Shown piece by piece: positions 29,902 through 39,406 of a stretch of 64,000 nt of DNA. The stretch lies in the IMG/VR virus record IMGVR_UViG_3300006802_016159; one strand, written 5' to 3'. The position numbers were made by a program, and so were the translations under genes. This DNA is from an uncultured virus (IMG/VR IMGVR_UViG_3300006802_016159). Lineage: Duplodnaviria > Heunggongvirae > Uroviricota > Caudoviricetes. The notes beneath the pieces were generated by a model. The model was not told the origin of the DNA. It worked only from the letters and a program-made list of their open reading frames with translations, and ran no database searches. The number at the start of each line of letters is the position of its first letter. Position 1 is the first letter of the stretch.

Positions 29902-30785
29902 GATGTTATTTGTTGATCTGTCATATCACCGAAGTCGTTTGCTTCCTCGGGTAAATGAATTCTTACTTTGTCAGGATCAAAGAAATCGTGTAGAGTTCCC
30001 TTGATTCTACGAGCCGCCTTGTTGCCAGCGTCTCCATTTTTTACTTTGTCGTTGTTTGTTGCAATTATAATTTCCGTTGGATCAATCTTAATCAGCGTTG
30101 ATAACACCTTTGGACTAGGATAGACGCCAAAAATGACTAAAGTATTCTTGATACCGTTATCCCACAGGCGTAACATGTCACCAATACTTTCAACTAGGAT
30201 GACCTTTTTCTCGTCGTGAAGAATCTCTTTGTTGAAATGATTGTATGGATAACAGAAAGTTTTCTTTGGTCCTAGAATTTTCCATTTAACTCTCTTGTTG
30301 CTGTTTAGAATGTCGCGGCCATCAAAACCAATAACGTTATCTCTGTCTCCAAAAATAGGAAACACATAACGATAATACATCCTGCCATCTCTTGCTATTC
30401 CTCCTTCGAACGTTGAAATTGTAGAGTGGTTCACGCCACGGTTTGTCCAGTATGTATGATCTTTTTCTAGCTTGGCGAGCCACTCTTTTGGAAAATGTTT
30501 TACTCCGAGTTCCTCTTCGTGGGCTTCTTTAGGAATGTCTCCACTGAAGTTCTTGTTTTTTAAAATACTGTCAACTTCGCCATAGGACTTACCCGTGGTA
30601 ATACGTACCAATTCCTTTAGCTCGCCACCACGAGCCTCTTTGAAATCATACCACAGTCCTGTGTTCTTATCTACAAAGAGAACAGGAGAGTCTGACTGTC
30701 TGTACAAAGGGATGCAGCGATAGCTCTTCCCGCACAGAGAGGGAGTATATCCAATACTCTCTAGAATTTCTTTAATGTCACTCAT
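29862..30785 (-). CDS. dnaG: DNA primase (TOPRIM)
   Basis: YVFPIF...IGFDGR, ILVESIGD, IIIATNND..G, NDFGD. Adjacent to DnaB. Confidence 0.85.
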   Translation of the reverse strand: MSDIKEILESIGYTPSLCGKSYRCIPLYRQSDSPVLFVDKNTGLWYDFKEARGGELKELVRITTGKSYGEVDSILKNKNFSGDIPKEAHEEELGVKHFPKEWLAKLEKDHTYWTNRGVNHSTISTFEGGIARDGRMYYRYVFPIFGDRDNVIGFDGRDILNSNKRVKWKILGPKKTFCYPYNHFNKEILHDEKKVILVESIGDMLRLWDNGIKNTLVIFGVYPSPKVLSTLIKIDPTEIIIATNNDKVKNGDAGNKAARRIKGTLHDFFDPDKVRIHLPEEANDFGDMTDQQITSWHEKLKNYQPQE

Positions 30786-32293
30786 TAAAAATCTAATGGT
30801 TCTTCGTTCTTGTCGTCTCCTGCTTCTAGAATCTCGTCGCCTAGTTCTTGATCTTTCACGATGTCATCTAGAGTTCCAGCCTCTTTAACTTTGAAGTTCT
30901 TTACATCAAAATTAATATAATTTGGTTGAAATTCTTCGGAGCCATCTTTCATTTTCCTTTGAACGAAATCATTGTGACCTGATGCGTCTTTACCTTGATA
31001 GCGTCCTTTTAAACGGACCATTTTATGAGTGCCGAATTTGTCTTCGCCGTCGTTGGATCTGTCTTCTAAAATCTCGTCTCTTGTTTTCTGTCTGAAAATA
31101 GCGAGAAAAGTACAAAACCACATGAGACGGTCAGACTGTGAAATAACAGAAGAATCATCGGTAACTCTTGCTGAATCGCGTCCAAAATTCTCGCCGCTTC
31201 TGTTAATCTGAATTGCTGTGAAGATTGGGCAGTCGATTTCTTCTGAAATTCTCTTGAGCTTATCGGTCTTTTCGCCAATAGCCTGATACTCTGCCCAGTT
31301 ATTGGAAAGCTTTTCTCCCGTAAGCTTCAAATAGTCATAGCAGATCAAACACTTGTTGCCCCTGCCTACAACCTGCCAATACCAACGACGAATGATAGAT
31401 GCTACTTCATCAACGGTTTTGTTTCCTACATGCTCATGGTAAATAGGAAGTTTATTCATATTAGAAAGAGCTTCCTTTACTTTGTTTTTCATACTGGCAT
31501 TCTTATTCCAGTTACCAGTCTCAAGATACCAAAGAGGAACGCCCGTGACAGCAGCCGCAGTCCTGAATTTAATTTCCTCAGTTGACATCTCAGTATCAAG
31601 GAACAAAACAGGAACATTGTTGAGTTCAGATACGCCATATCCCATTTGGTTTAGGAATGTAGTTTTACCTTGGCCGGGACGAGAAGCGATTGCGTAAATG
31701 TTTCCGCCTCGCAATTCGCCATACAGACGATTGAAATGCTCGAATGGAGTCTTTAGTCCTACAGCTTCCTGTGGATCGTTAGCCCTTTCTCTGATGGCAT
31801 CAGCCAAGCCTTCCAATAAATTGGTTGGCCCATCTTCAATACAGAAATTGTTGATTGTTCCGCTGTAAATTCCATCAATGTCACCAATGATTTTGTCAAT
31901 TGGCTCTTCCTTGTGCTGCTCCAAATATTTATTCACATCTGAAGCTGCCCCCTTGATGTCACGAAGGACGCGAAGCTTGACGATGACCTTGGCCGTGTCA
32001 ACCACGCCCCTTTCGCTCATCTTTTTGAAAGAAATGGAGTCAATATACTCCCCAATATCCATCTCGCCTTTGAATTTAATACCTAAACTCTCGACTCGAT
32101 GAATTAAAATTGGAATATTCAGATCTCTTTTCTCTTCAAGGATCTGCTTGATTGAAGAATAGATTACAGAATGCTCTGAACTTTTAAAATCGCTTTCTGT
32201 AAGGAAACCATCGACTTGGGCAATAGAGTTCGGGTTATTTATTAATCCCCCAAGCAAATGTCTTTCCAAATCTACAGAATAAAGGTTACTCAT
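30785..32293 (-). CDS. dnaB: replicative DNA helicase
   Basis: Walker A ASRPGQGKT, DTEMS, DYLKL, AIQINR. Start placed at 32293 on promoter geometry. Confidence 0.92.
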   Translation of the reverse strand: MSNLYSVDLERHLLGGLINNPNSIAQVDGFLTESDFKSSEHSVIYSSIKQILEEKRDLNIPILIHRVESLGIKFKGEMDIGEYIDSISFKKMSERGVVDTAKVIVKLRVLRDIKGAASDVNKYLEQHKEEPIDKIIGDIDGIYSGTINNFCIEDGPTNLLEGLADAIRERANDPQEAVGLKTPFEHFNRLYGELRGGNIYAIASRPGQGKTTFLNQMGYGVSELNNVPVLFLDTEMSTEEIKFRTAAAVTGVPLWYLETGNWNKNASMKNKVKEALSNMNKLPIYHEHVGNKTVDEVASIIRRWYWQVVGRGNKCLICYDYLKLTGEKLSNNWAEYQAIGEKTDKLKRISEEIDCPIFTAIQINRSGENFGRDSARVTDDSSVISQSDRLMWFCTFLAIFRQKTRDEILEDRSNDGEDKFGTHKMVRLKGRYQGKDASGHNDFVQRKMKDGSEEFQPNYINFDVKNFKVKEAGTLDDIVKDQELGDEILEAGDDKNEEPLDF

Positions 32294-32300
32294 ATTGATC

Positions 32301-32329
32301 ATCTTAACTGTCTTTTACGACAAAGTCAA
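32301..32329 (-). promoter_or_regulatory. sigma70-type promoter, probably leaderless
   Basis: TTGACT-N17-TAAGAT, 7 nt before the ATG at 32293. Confidence 0.65.
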
Positions 32330-32592
32330 GAATAATCTTCCTCATCATCATCTGGAAACTCTTCTGGTTCAATCTCTTGCGGTTGTCCCATCATTGCATT
32401 TAGCTGGGACTCATGTACTACTTCAAGCCATCTTTCGAGGAACTTTTCCATAGCCATGATGTGTGTCACTGAGTCCATTTGAAGCTGAACTTGAGGGTTT
32501 CCCTCTTCGTCAAACACCAAAACCAAGTAGCCTCCAGTAGAGAATTCATTAATTTGGTGAAGTATATGTTTCGGTACAATAAAATCCTCCAT
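32326..32592 (-). CDS. small acidic hypothetical protein
   Basis: 88 aa with an acidic C-terminal tail. Preceded by GTGTAATTATATAC. Confidence 0.65.
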   Translation of the reverse strand: MEDFIVPKHILHQINEFSTGGYLVLVFDEEGNPQVQLQMDSVTHIMAMEKFLERWLEVVHESQLNAMMGQPQEIEPEEFPDDDEEDYS

Positions 32593-32610
32593 GTATATAA
32601 TTACACTTCT

Positions 32611-33027
32611 TTACAGGAAAACACCAAACTTTTCTTCAAACCATTCTTTTGTTAGATTATTTACCTCGTCGTATTCTATTTCTATAAATTTAAATTCGTT
32701 TAATTCGGCCCATTTTCTTTTGGCCGTATCCCTTCTGATAGAGTAAAGGAAATTTTCTCTATTTTTATTGTGAAAAAAGGAATTGTAAGAGGAATGTTGC
32801 TGGCCGTTTACTTCAATAGCGATTTTGTATGTCGCATTAAAAATATCAACCTTCATTCTTGAACCGAAGACAGGAAATTCTTCATACACCACATGGTTTG
32901 CCCAGTATGGATAAAGAAATTCTTTGACCTTGCGCTGTAATTTTGACTTTGATTCAGCCTCCCAATCAATGAGATAGCGCGTAACGTCTTTCGACATCAG
33001 TCTCCCGTTAAGGTTGTACAATCGCAC
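32611..33027 (-). CDS. Vsr/DUF559-like endonuclease
   Basis: EEFPV...VDIF...IAIEVNGQQH...RDTAK. Confidence 0.75.
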   Translation of the reverse strand: MRLYNLNGRLMSKDVTRYLIDWEAESKSKLQRKVKEFLYPYWANHVVYEEFPVFGSRMKVDIFNATYKIAIEVNGQQHSSYNSFFHNKNRENFLYSIRRDTAKRKWAELNEFKFIEIEYDEVNNLTKEWFEEKFGVFL

Positions 33028-34188
33028 TTACAAATCCTTTCTTAGATCCTCTTTAAATTTGTTGTAAAGGTAATTGCAAAGTTCCTCATTAGTTGTAATG
33101 AGTTCCTCTACTTTAGCAAGCCCCTGCATTTGTTCTTCGGGAATTTCGATCTTGCTTTCTTTGGCTACCTCAATCAAACTTTCATCAAAACGATACCATG
33201 CACCCTTCTTAATAAGCAATCCGAAAGACAGCATAATATCAATCAATTCTTTCTCAATCCAAATCGACTTGCCTCCTACGCGCCCATACTTGATTGGGTA
33301 GGTAAGGATCATTTGAGACTTTTCATTGGCGCATTTTTCAACTTTGATTTTGCAGTTGTGACCAATGATTCTGTTCTTGTCTGTAGCCTGTCCGTTCTTT
33401 CCTTCCATGAAATATTCGGACTGTTCACCGTAAGTAGTTCCACGATACAAGAACTCAAGAATCAAATCGGCTTGGTGAAGTGCCGCGTTTCCGCCGCTGA
33501 ATTTTTCTGGACGTGCTGCTGAATATTGAGAAGCAGGGATGTCAACCCTCTTTTGGCTCATCAAAATAATCATGTGTCCAAACTTACTTGTTGGCAATGC
33601 CATGTGCTTGAAGAAGTGGGAAAGAAGAGTCGCGCCACCAGCAACAGTATGAGACTCACCAAATTTCTTTTCGAAGTCACTCTTTTTCATCAGAGTGTCA
33701 ATGGAATCCACAATGAAGACGTATTGTTTCTTGGTAGGGTTGGTATGAATCATCTCGGAAATCATTTCCAAGACAGATTCAAACTTGTTGGATTCATGGA
33801 CGTAACACGTCCCATCAACCCAAGCATCTCCCTCTTTGGTTGGATCACCATGAACGAATTTCACACCAGACCTACGGATCATTTCATCCGAAAGTCGTCC
33901 CTCTGCTTTAATGTAAACAGCACGACGATTCTTTTCTTGAAGGAAGTTTCTTGTTACCTCCAAGGCTTCCGATGTCTTGCCTCCCTCTTTGAGTCCGCAG
34001 AAGCGATGGATGCCGGGACCAATGCCACCGAGTTCAATGTCTAACTTTAAACTTCCAAATGAAGTTTTGTAATTGACGGATTCTGCAAAATTATAATGAT
34101 CCTTTGGGTTGTTTTTAAGGAACGCATTTAACTGCGTTGAAGGATCAAGGTTATTTTCTTTTTCGGTGTCTTTCTTTTTAGCTGCCAT
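33028..34188 (-). CDS. recA: RecA/UvsX-like recombinase
   Basis: GSLKLDIELGG, GLKEGGKT, IVDSID, SGGNAALH, KKGAWY. Confidence 0.85.
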   Translation of the reverse strand: MAAKKKDTEKENNLDPSTQLNAFLKNNPKDHYNFAESVNYKTSFGSLKLDIELGGIGPGIHRFCGLKEGGKTSEALEVTRNFLQEKNRRAVYIKAEGRLSDEMIRRSGVKFVHGDPTKEGDAWVDGTCYVHESNKFESVLEMISEMIHTNPTKKQYVFIVDSIDTLMKKSDFEKKFGESHTVAGGATLLSHFFKHMALPTSKFGHMIILMSQKRVDIPASQYSAARPEKFSGGNAALHQADLILEFLYRGTTYGEQSEYFMEGKNGQATDKNRIIGHNCKIKVEKCANEKSQMILTYPIKYGRVGGKSIWIEKELIDIMLSFGLLIKKGAWYRFDESLIEVAKESKIEIPEEQMQGLAKVEELITTNEELCNYLYNKFKEDLRKDL

Positions 34189-34189
34189 G

Positions 34190-34717
34190 TTATCTTAAAA
34201 AATCAATGATGCTTTGAGGTTTTTTATTCACCTCATACTGTTCTGGTTCTTCGTCCAGTATCACATCTTTGACTGCTTTATCTTTTAAGATATTCGCCAT
34301 TTCTTTGTTTGTCTTGATTCTTTTCCGTTCAGATTCCAAGTACTTTTTTCCATTGTAGGTGTTGAACCAGTACAAGGAATTTAATTTGAACTTAGGGGCT
34401 TTAATATCGTTCTTCCAAAAATCAGCACCGTCTTCTTTGATTAATTTCGACAATAAAAAGCCTTGACGAGATTTTTCGCTTTTATTTAAAAATTCGAAAT
34501 TCTCTTTTAAAAACTTTTTTAGGATTATATCGGTGATTTTTTCTTTTTCGGGCATGTGTTCACACGCCTCGTCCATCCAACCGTTTTTTTGAATTGATGC
34601 ATAAGCTCCACCACAAGCTTTTTGGAGTTCTGTTTTTGAAGAATATTTTCTTGCCTCTTCAAGACAATTCTCTTTTACCTTCCAGTATCCTCTAGGTTTT
34701 CTTGCTACGTTGCTCAT
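34190..34717 (-). CDS. hypothetical protein with N-terminal KPRGYW helical module
   Basis: RKPRGYWKVKENCLEEARKY...GAY...GWMDEACEHM followed by an unknown basic domain. Start could be 34717 or 34726. Confidence 0.55.
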   Translation of the reverse strand: MSNVARKPRGYWKVKENCLEEARKYSSKTELQKACGGAYASIQKNGWMDEACEHMPEKEKITDIILKKFLKENFEFLNKSEKSRQGFLLSKLIKEDGADFWKNDIKAPKFKLNSLYWFNTYNGKKYLESERKRIKTNKEMANILKDKAVKDVILDEEPEQYEVNKKPQSIIDFLR

Positions 34718-35786
34718 TGATGTCACATTCTACCATATCTTTGCACATTTTGTCAAGAGAAATCTCTGGTTGCCACCCCAATTCCTCTCGAATGAGCGAA
34801 GAATCGCCCTGTAGAACATCAACTTCGGCGGGCCTGTAGTATTTTTTATTGATTTTTACTAAAACCGCACCTCTTACGTACTCATCGTGATTGGACTGTG
34901 AAACAATGTAAACTTCTTTTGTAGGGTCATTCTCGACTTTAAGCCATACGCCCTTAATCCCAGCATGTTTGAATGCCTTTTCGACAAAATCTCTAACAGA
35001 ATATGCGTTGCCGCTGGCTAAAACATAGTCTTTGATCTCTCCAGTCTCTTTTAATCTAAACTCGTCTTGATTGAGCATCATCCATACTCCTTTGACGAAA
35101 TCTCGGGAGTCAGACCAATCTCTTTTCGCATCGAGATTACCTAATTCAATGGGCGTGGGCATCTCTTGTTTGGATATTTGACTTGCAATTCTAGCTACTC
35201 CCTTGGTGATCTTCCTTGTGACAAATTCCTCTCCGCGCTTCGGCCCTTCGTGGTTGAACAGCAGTCCGTGAACAGCATACATGTCGTACGACTCACGATA
35301 CACCTTGACAATGTGACGGGCGGCACACTTCGACGCCCCATAAGGAGAGCGGGGCTTCATTGGGTGTTTCAAATCTTGTGGACAATAGTCAACGTCACCA
35401 AATTCCTCAGAAGATCCAGCAGAATAGAAACGACAATTGGGTTGATGCTTGCGAATAGCCTCCAAACACCTCAACACACCCATAAAATTGACATCCATCA
35501 CTTGCTCTGGCATGTCCCAACTGATACCGACAAAACTATTAGCAGCAAAGTTAATGAAGTAATCGGGTTGCTCTTTCTTTACTAAATTATTGATGGATAC
35601 TGCGTCTGTCAGGTCCAAATAATCAAGTCTAAAACGAGGATGGTTACGAATATTTTCAATGTTTTTCAGATTAGGGTTCGCTGAACGACGCATTACACCA
35701 ATGATCTCATGGTCGGTTGCATCAAGCAAATACTCTGCCATGTTCGCGCCGTCCTGTCCGAGAATTCCTGTTACGATTACTTTCAT
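34692..35786 (-). CDS. gmd: GDP-mannose (or GDP-heptose) 4,6-dehydratase
   Basis: TGILGQDG, SSEEFG, PRSPYGASK, FNHEGPKRGEEFVTRKIT, LGNLDAKRDW, RPAEVD. Confidence 0.92.
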   Translation of the reverse strand: MKVIVTGILGQDGANMAEYLLDATDHEIIGVMRRSANPNLKNIENIRNHPRFRLDYLDLTDAVSINNLVKKEQPDYFINFAANSFVGISWDMPEQVMDVNFMGVLRCLEAIRKHQPNCRFYSAGSSEEFGDVDYCPQDLKHPMKPRSPYGASKCAARHIVKVYRESYDMYAVHGLLFNHEGPKRGEEFVTRKITKGVARIASQISKQEMPTPIELGNLDAKRDWSDSRDFVKGVWMMLNQDEFRLKETGEIKDYVLASGNAYSVRDFVEKAFKHAGIKGVWLKVENDPTKEVYIVSQSNHDEYVRGAVLVKINKKYYRPAEVDVLQGDSSLIREELGWQPEISLDKMCKDMVECDINEQRSKKT

Positions 35787-36241
35787 ATTTTTTCTTTAAT
35801 TGAACTTGAGGAATTAACCTTGGGCATATGGATACCGATCTGCATAATGTCAAGCTTTTGACATACTTTTGATTCTTTGGGGTTTGTTTCCCCCACTCTA
35901 TCACCACTGTTCACAAACAAGAAATCAACGCTTCCATATTCTTTGGAATAAGATAGATCATTGACTATTTTTTTAATGGAATTTGCTACAGATGAATCCT
36001 TGTCTATAGAAACGATTGCATAGTCAACCTTTTTCAATGCGCTAATAATTCGAAGTCTAGTTTGTTCGTCATATAGAACCTTTGACCCCTTCATCTTTAC
36101 TTGCTTGTCATTGTTTACGATTACCGCAACTGAATCAGCTAATTCGTGTGCCGCCTCAATGAAATCAAGATGACCCTCATGCAAAGGATTGAAATATCCT
36201 GATACTATTGCCACCTTTGGTATTTTATTTCCTAAACCCAT
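35783..36241 (-). CDS. HIGH-motif nucleotidyltransferase (TagD/RfaE-II-like)
   Basis: SGYFNPLHEGH, VIVNND, RLRIISALKKVD, GDR, SSS. Confidence 0.85.
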   Translation of the reverse strand: MGLGNKIPKVAIVSGYFNPLHEGHLDFIEAAHELADSVAVIVNNDKQVKMKGSKVLYDEQTRLRIISALKKVDYAIVSIDKDSSVANSIKKIVNDLSYSKEYGSVDFLFVNSGDRVGETNPKESKVCQKLDIMQIGIHMPKVNSSSSIKEKI

Positions 36242-37215
36242 TCTTGATGATTCTCGTATATGCTTGTTACTCCGTCGCTTTCAAATCTGAAAGGCAGAAC
36301 TCTTTCTCCAAATTCATCAGAGATTTTGTCTCTTGAGTCTGGTCCAGCTAGAACCAATAAAAATCCACAACCCCCACCTCCAAGTAGCTTTAGCCCATCA
36401 GCCCCAAGTTCTAGTATTCTTTCGGACATTTGTTTGACTACGGGGGTGCTGATCAAATTCGAAATTTTCTGCTTCTCAAACCAACTCATCAATAATAAAT
36501 TAGAAATACCATCTATATCCTCATTCAAAAAACATTCGTAAGCTTCATGTGCATACTCTAATATTTTAGTCTTGTCTTTGTTGACATGAGACTGGGCGAT
36601 CTTTTCTGTATTGCGCTGTTCTCCTGTGTAAACGAGCATCATTCTACGCTCAAGCTCTTCCTTGAACTCGGGTGAAACAGGCAAGGGGCGTACTCGGTAG
36701 TTGCCATCCTTGTAGATTTGAATTGAGTTAAGTCCACCATACGCTGCCCAGATTTGATCTTGAATTCCGCCTGCTTCTTTGAGGATTTCGCGCTCTAGTT
36801 TAATGACTTGGTCAGCCACGTCCCTTTTCCCTACTGGATGATTCTTCAGAGTCATAATTGAATGAACGAATGCTGCTCCAAAAGATGATGATCCTCCTAA
36901 ACCCGTACGAGATGGCACATCCGAAAAGACTTTAAGCTCGATTGGCTTTTTGTCGTACTCTGCATTTAGCATTAGTTTAAGACCTTCTCGGATCAAAGGA
37001 TGTTTAACCTCATCCCAATCATTAATTTGCTCTTGTTTACTGTAAGATATAAGCGATCCTTCCGTCATGATGGGTGGTCTGTATCTGACAGCAGAAAAAT
37101 AATACTTATCAATGGTTGTCCCAATACACAAGGAACCATGCTGCTCGTAGAACTCCTTGTAGTCAGTTGAGCCTCCAAATAAAGAGATTCTTAGTGGTGC
37201 CTTTGAAATAATCAT
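36232..37215 (-). CDS. hddA: GHMP kinase, D-glycero-alpha-D-manno-heptose-7-phosphate kinase-like
   Basis: APLRISLFGGSTD, PSRTGLGGSS, GIQDQ..AAYGG, KLLGGGGCGF. Confidence 0.8.
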   Translation of the reverse strand: MIISKAPLRISLFGGSTDYKEFYEQHGSLCIGTTIDKYYFSAVRYRPPIMTEGSLISYSKQEQINDWDEVKHPLIREGLKLMLNAEYDKKPIELKVFSDVPSRTGLGGSSSFGAAFVHSIMTLKNHPVGKRDVADQVIKLEREILKEAGGIQDQIWAAYGGLNSIQIYKDGNYRVRPLPVSPEFKEELERRMMLVYTGEQRNTEKIAQSHVNKDKTKILEYAHEAYECFLNEDIDGISNLLLMSWFEKQKISNLISTPVVKQMSERILELGADGLKLLGGGGCGFLLVLAGPDSRDKISDEFGERVLPFRFESDGVTSIYENHQEWV

Positions 37216-38168
37216 TAGTAATTCTTACAAACATCCTCTACCAAATTGGAATGAAAATTCTCATAATGATAAAGCATTTCTTTGATACCGTACTCAAGGT
37301 TTGACGCGCAGTAATATCCCAAATTGGTTAGCTTATCGCTTGATACAATATAATCCCTCTTGTCTGGATCAGTTCTTCCTTTAACATCTATTACTCTTGC
37401 TCCTGTAAGTTCCCTAATTTTCAGGGCGAGGTCTTTCTTTGTGCAGTTGATGTCATCGTTTCCTAGGTTGTAAACGTTTCCGACCATCCTATCTCTGTTA
37501 TCAATAGCGAATTCAAATGCCCTAACAATATCATTCACATGAATATAGTTGCGACGAAAATGACCATCAAAAATCTCCAATTCGTTATACTCGAAAGCAG
37601 TCTTGGTTAAATTGTTAACAAGGAGGTCTGTACGTGGCCTGTATGACCAACCAAAAACGGTAGCCAATCTGAAACAGATTGAACATTCATGGTTTTCAAG
37701 CAAATAATCCTCTGCCTTCTGCTTAGTCGTCCCATAAAGTGAGAGTGGATTAGATGGAGTTTCTTCTGTGCAGATTTCACTGCCAGTTGAACCATAACCT
37801 GAATTGGTATTCGGGTAAACAACCAACTGATCTCCCCTTAATCTGGCAACGAGGTCTTCAATCCACTGATAATTGATGGCAGTTGACTGCTCTGGAAGAC
37901 GTTCACATAATGGCGCACCTACCATTGCAGCCAATGGAATAATCACATCAGCGTTAATGACCTCTCGTATAAGATTGTTGCTCCAATCCGTTACATCCTC
38001 ATTATAAAACTTGATTTGTCCATACGAATTATGAAATACAGGAGCAACTAATGGCCCTTGATCGTAAAACAAATTGTCAAATACCACAACATCATTAAAC
38101 ACACTCAAACGAGCGGCTAACTTTGAACCGATATAACCGGCTCCACCTGTGATTAAAATTCTACTCAT
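37215..38168 (-). CDS. NAD-dependent nucleotide-sugar epimerase/dehydratase
   Basis: TGGAGYIGS, YGTTK, RLATVFG, RNYIHV. Confidence 0.88.
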   Translation of the reverse strand: MSRILITGGAGYIGSKLAARLSVFNDVVVFDNLFYDQGPLVAPVFHNSYGQIKFYNEDVTDWSNNLIREVINADVIIPLAAMVGAPLCERLPEQSTAINYQWIEDLVARLRGDQLVVYPNTNSGYGSTGSEICTEETPSNPLSLYGTTKQKAEDYLLENHECSICFRLATVFGWSYRPRTDLLVNNLTKTAFEYNELEIFDGHFRRNYIHVNDIVRAFEFAIDNRDRMVGNVYNLGNDDINCTKKDLALKIRELTGARVIDVKGRTDPDKRDYIVSSDKLTNLGYYCASNLEYGIKEMLYHYENFHSNLVEDVCKNY

Positions 38169-39406
38169 AGTACTTTAAATGGGGTAACAAATTTAACTCC
38201 TCTTACTCTTAAATCATCACACTTCTCGTGAATCTCCTTTGCAAAATTCCAACTCAATAACAAAACAAAGCTATTGTCCTCAATAAATAAATGATTTTCT
38301 TCTACGATTGGGATGTGTGTTACTGGCGTGTAATGTCCAAACTTCATTTCGTTTACTTCGAATGCATATTTGATGAGCTTATTGTCCAATCCGCAATACG
38401 TAAGAAGGGTGTTGCCCTTTGCTGGCGCACCAAAGGCATAAATTTCATGACCCAATTTCTTCTGGTCTTCTAGAAAGCTTTTAAGTGCCACCGCGCTTTT
38501 TCTAACCTTCTCTCCAAATTCGGTAATGGTTTCCTTGTTTACAAGTCTCTTATCTTCTTCCAATAAACGGGTATGACGACCAGAAATATCCATCCTTGTG
38601 GGTGATTTAACGTTATCTCCCTTGCAGAATTTAGCAACCACAGTTCCTCCATGAATTTCACAGTGATATGCATCAAACAGATTCAAATCGTATGGTTTCA
38701 AAAGATTGACCAAGGACTGAAGCGAGTAATAACACAGGTGTTCATGGTAAATACCATCAAACGATGTTAACTTAAGCATGTCTCCCAAATACATGAACTG
38801 GCAGACAAATACACCGTCGTCTTTAAGAGCCTTCTTGATACCTCTGATGACACTATGTAGCTCTTCCAGATGAAAGAATACCCCTGCGGCGTTAATCAAC
38901 TTGACTTTGCCCTCAAGCCCCTCTTCGTCAATTAATTCTTCATTAAAGAACTTGTTAATCGTCTTGATTCCAGCTTCTTTACTTAACTCTGCCTGCTTGG
39001 TTCCTGACTCTACATTTAACAGATTTACTCTACCAGCCGCACTATAGGATTTGAGTTGGGTTCCATCGTTACCACCAATATCCAAAATAATATCGTCAGT
39101 AGGATGAAGTTTTAATAGTGAAATATTGTCAGCGGCAACCTGATCGAAATGTTTTCTCAACGACTTGGTCGTGCCACTGACATAGGAATGGTTGACGAAC
39201 ATAGTTTCCTTGGGAACGGTGTAATCCAACTGGCAAAGTTCGCAGTCCTGACACTGAACCATGCGAAGGGGATATGTCTTTTCTTTGCCTAGCTGCTCTT
39301 TCGTGAGAAAATCGTTGCACCAAGCATGTTCGCCTAAATCAACAACTAAATCTAAATTCGTAGAACTACAAGATCTACATTTTGTTTCCGTACTTTTGTT
39401 TGACAT
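38165..39406 (-). CDS. NDP-sugar C-methyltransferase (zinc finger + SAM domain)
   Basis: CRSC...CQDC, DIGGNDG, IYHEHLCYYS, FGAPAKGNTLL, LLSWNF. Confidence 0.88.
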   Translation of the reverse strand: MSNKSTETKCRSCSSTNLDLVVDLGEHAWCNDFLTKEQLGKEKTYPLRMVQCQDCELCQLDYTVPKETMFVNHSYVSGTTKSLRKHFDQVAADNISLLKLHPTDDIILDIGGNDGTQLKSYSAAGRVNLLNVESGTKQAELSKEAGIKTINKFFNEELIDEEGLEGKVKLINAAGVFFHLEELHSVIRGIKKALKDDGVFVCQFMYLGDMLKLTSFDGIYHEHLCYYSLQSLVNLLKPYDLNLFDAYHCEIHGGTVVAKFCKGDNVKSPTRMDISGRHTRLLEEDKRLVNKETITEFGEKVRKSAVALKSFLEDQKKLGHEIYAFGAPAKGNTLLTYCGLDNKLIKYAFEVNEMKFGHYTPVTHIPIVEENHLFIEDNSFVLLLSWNFAKEIHEKCDDLRVRGVKFVTPFKVL

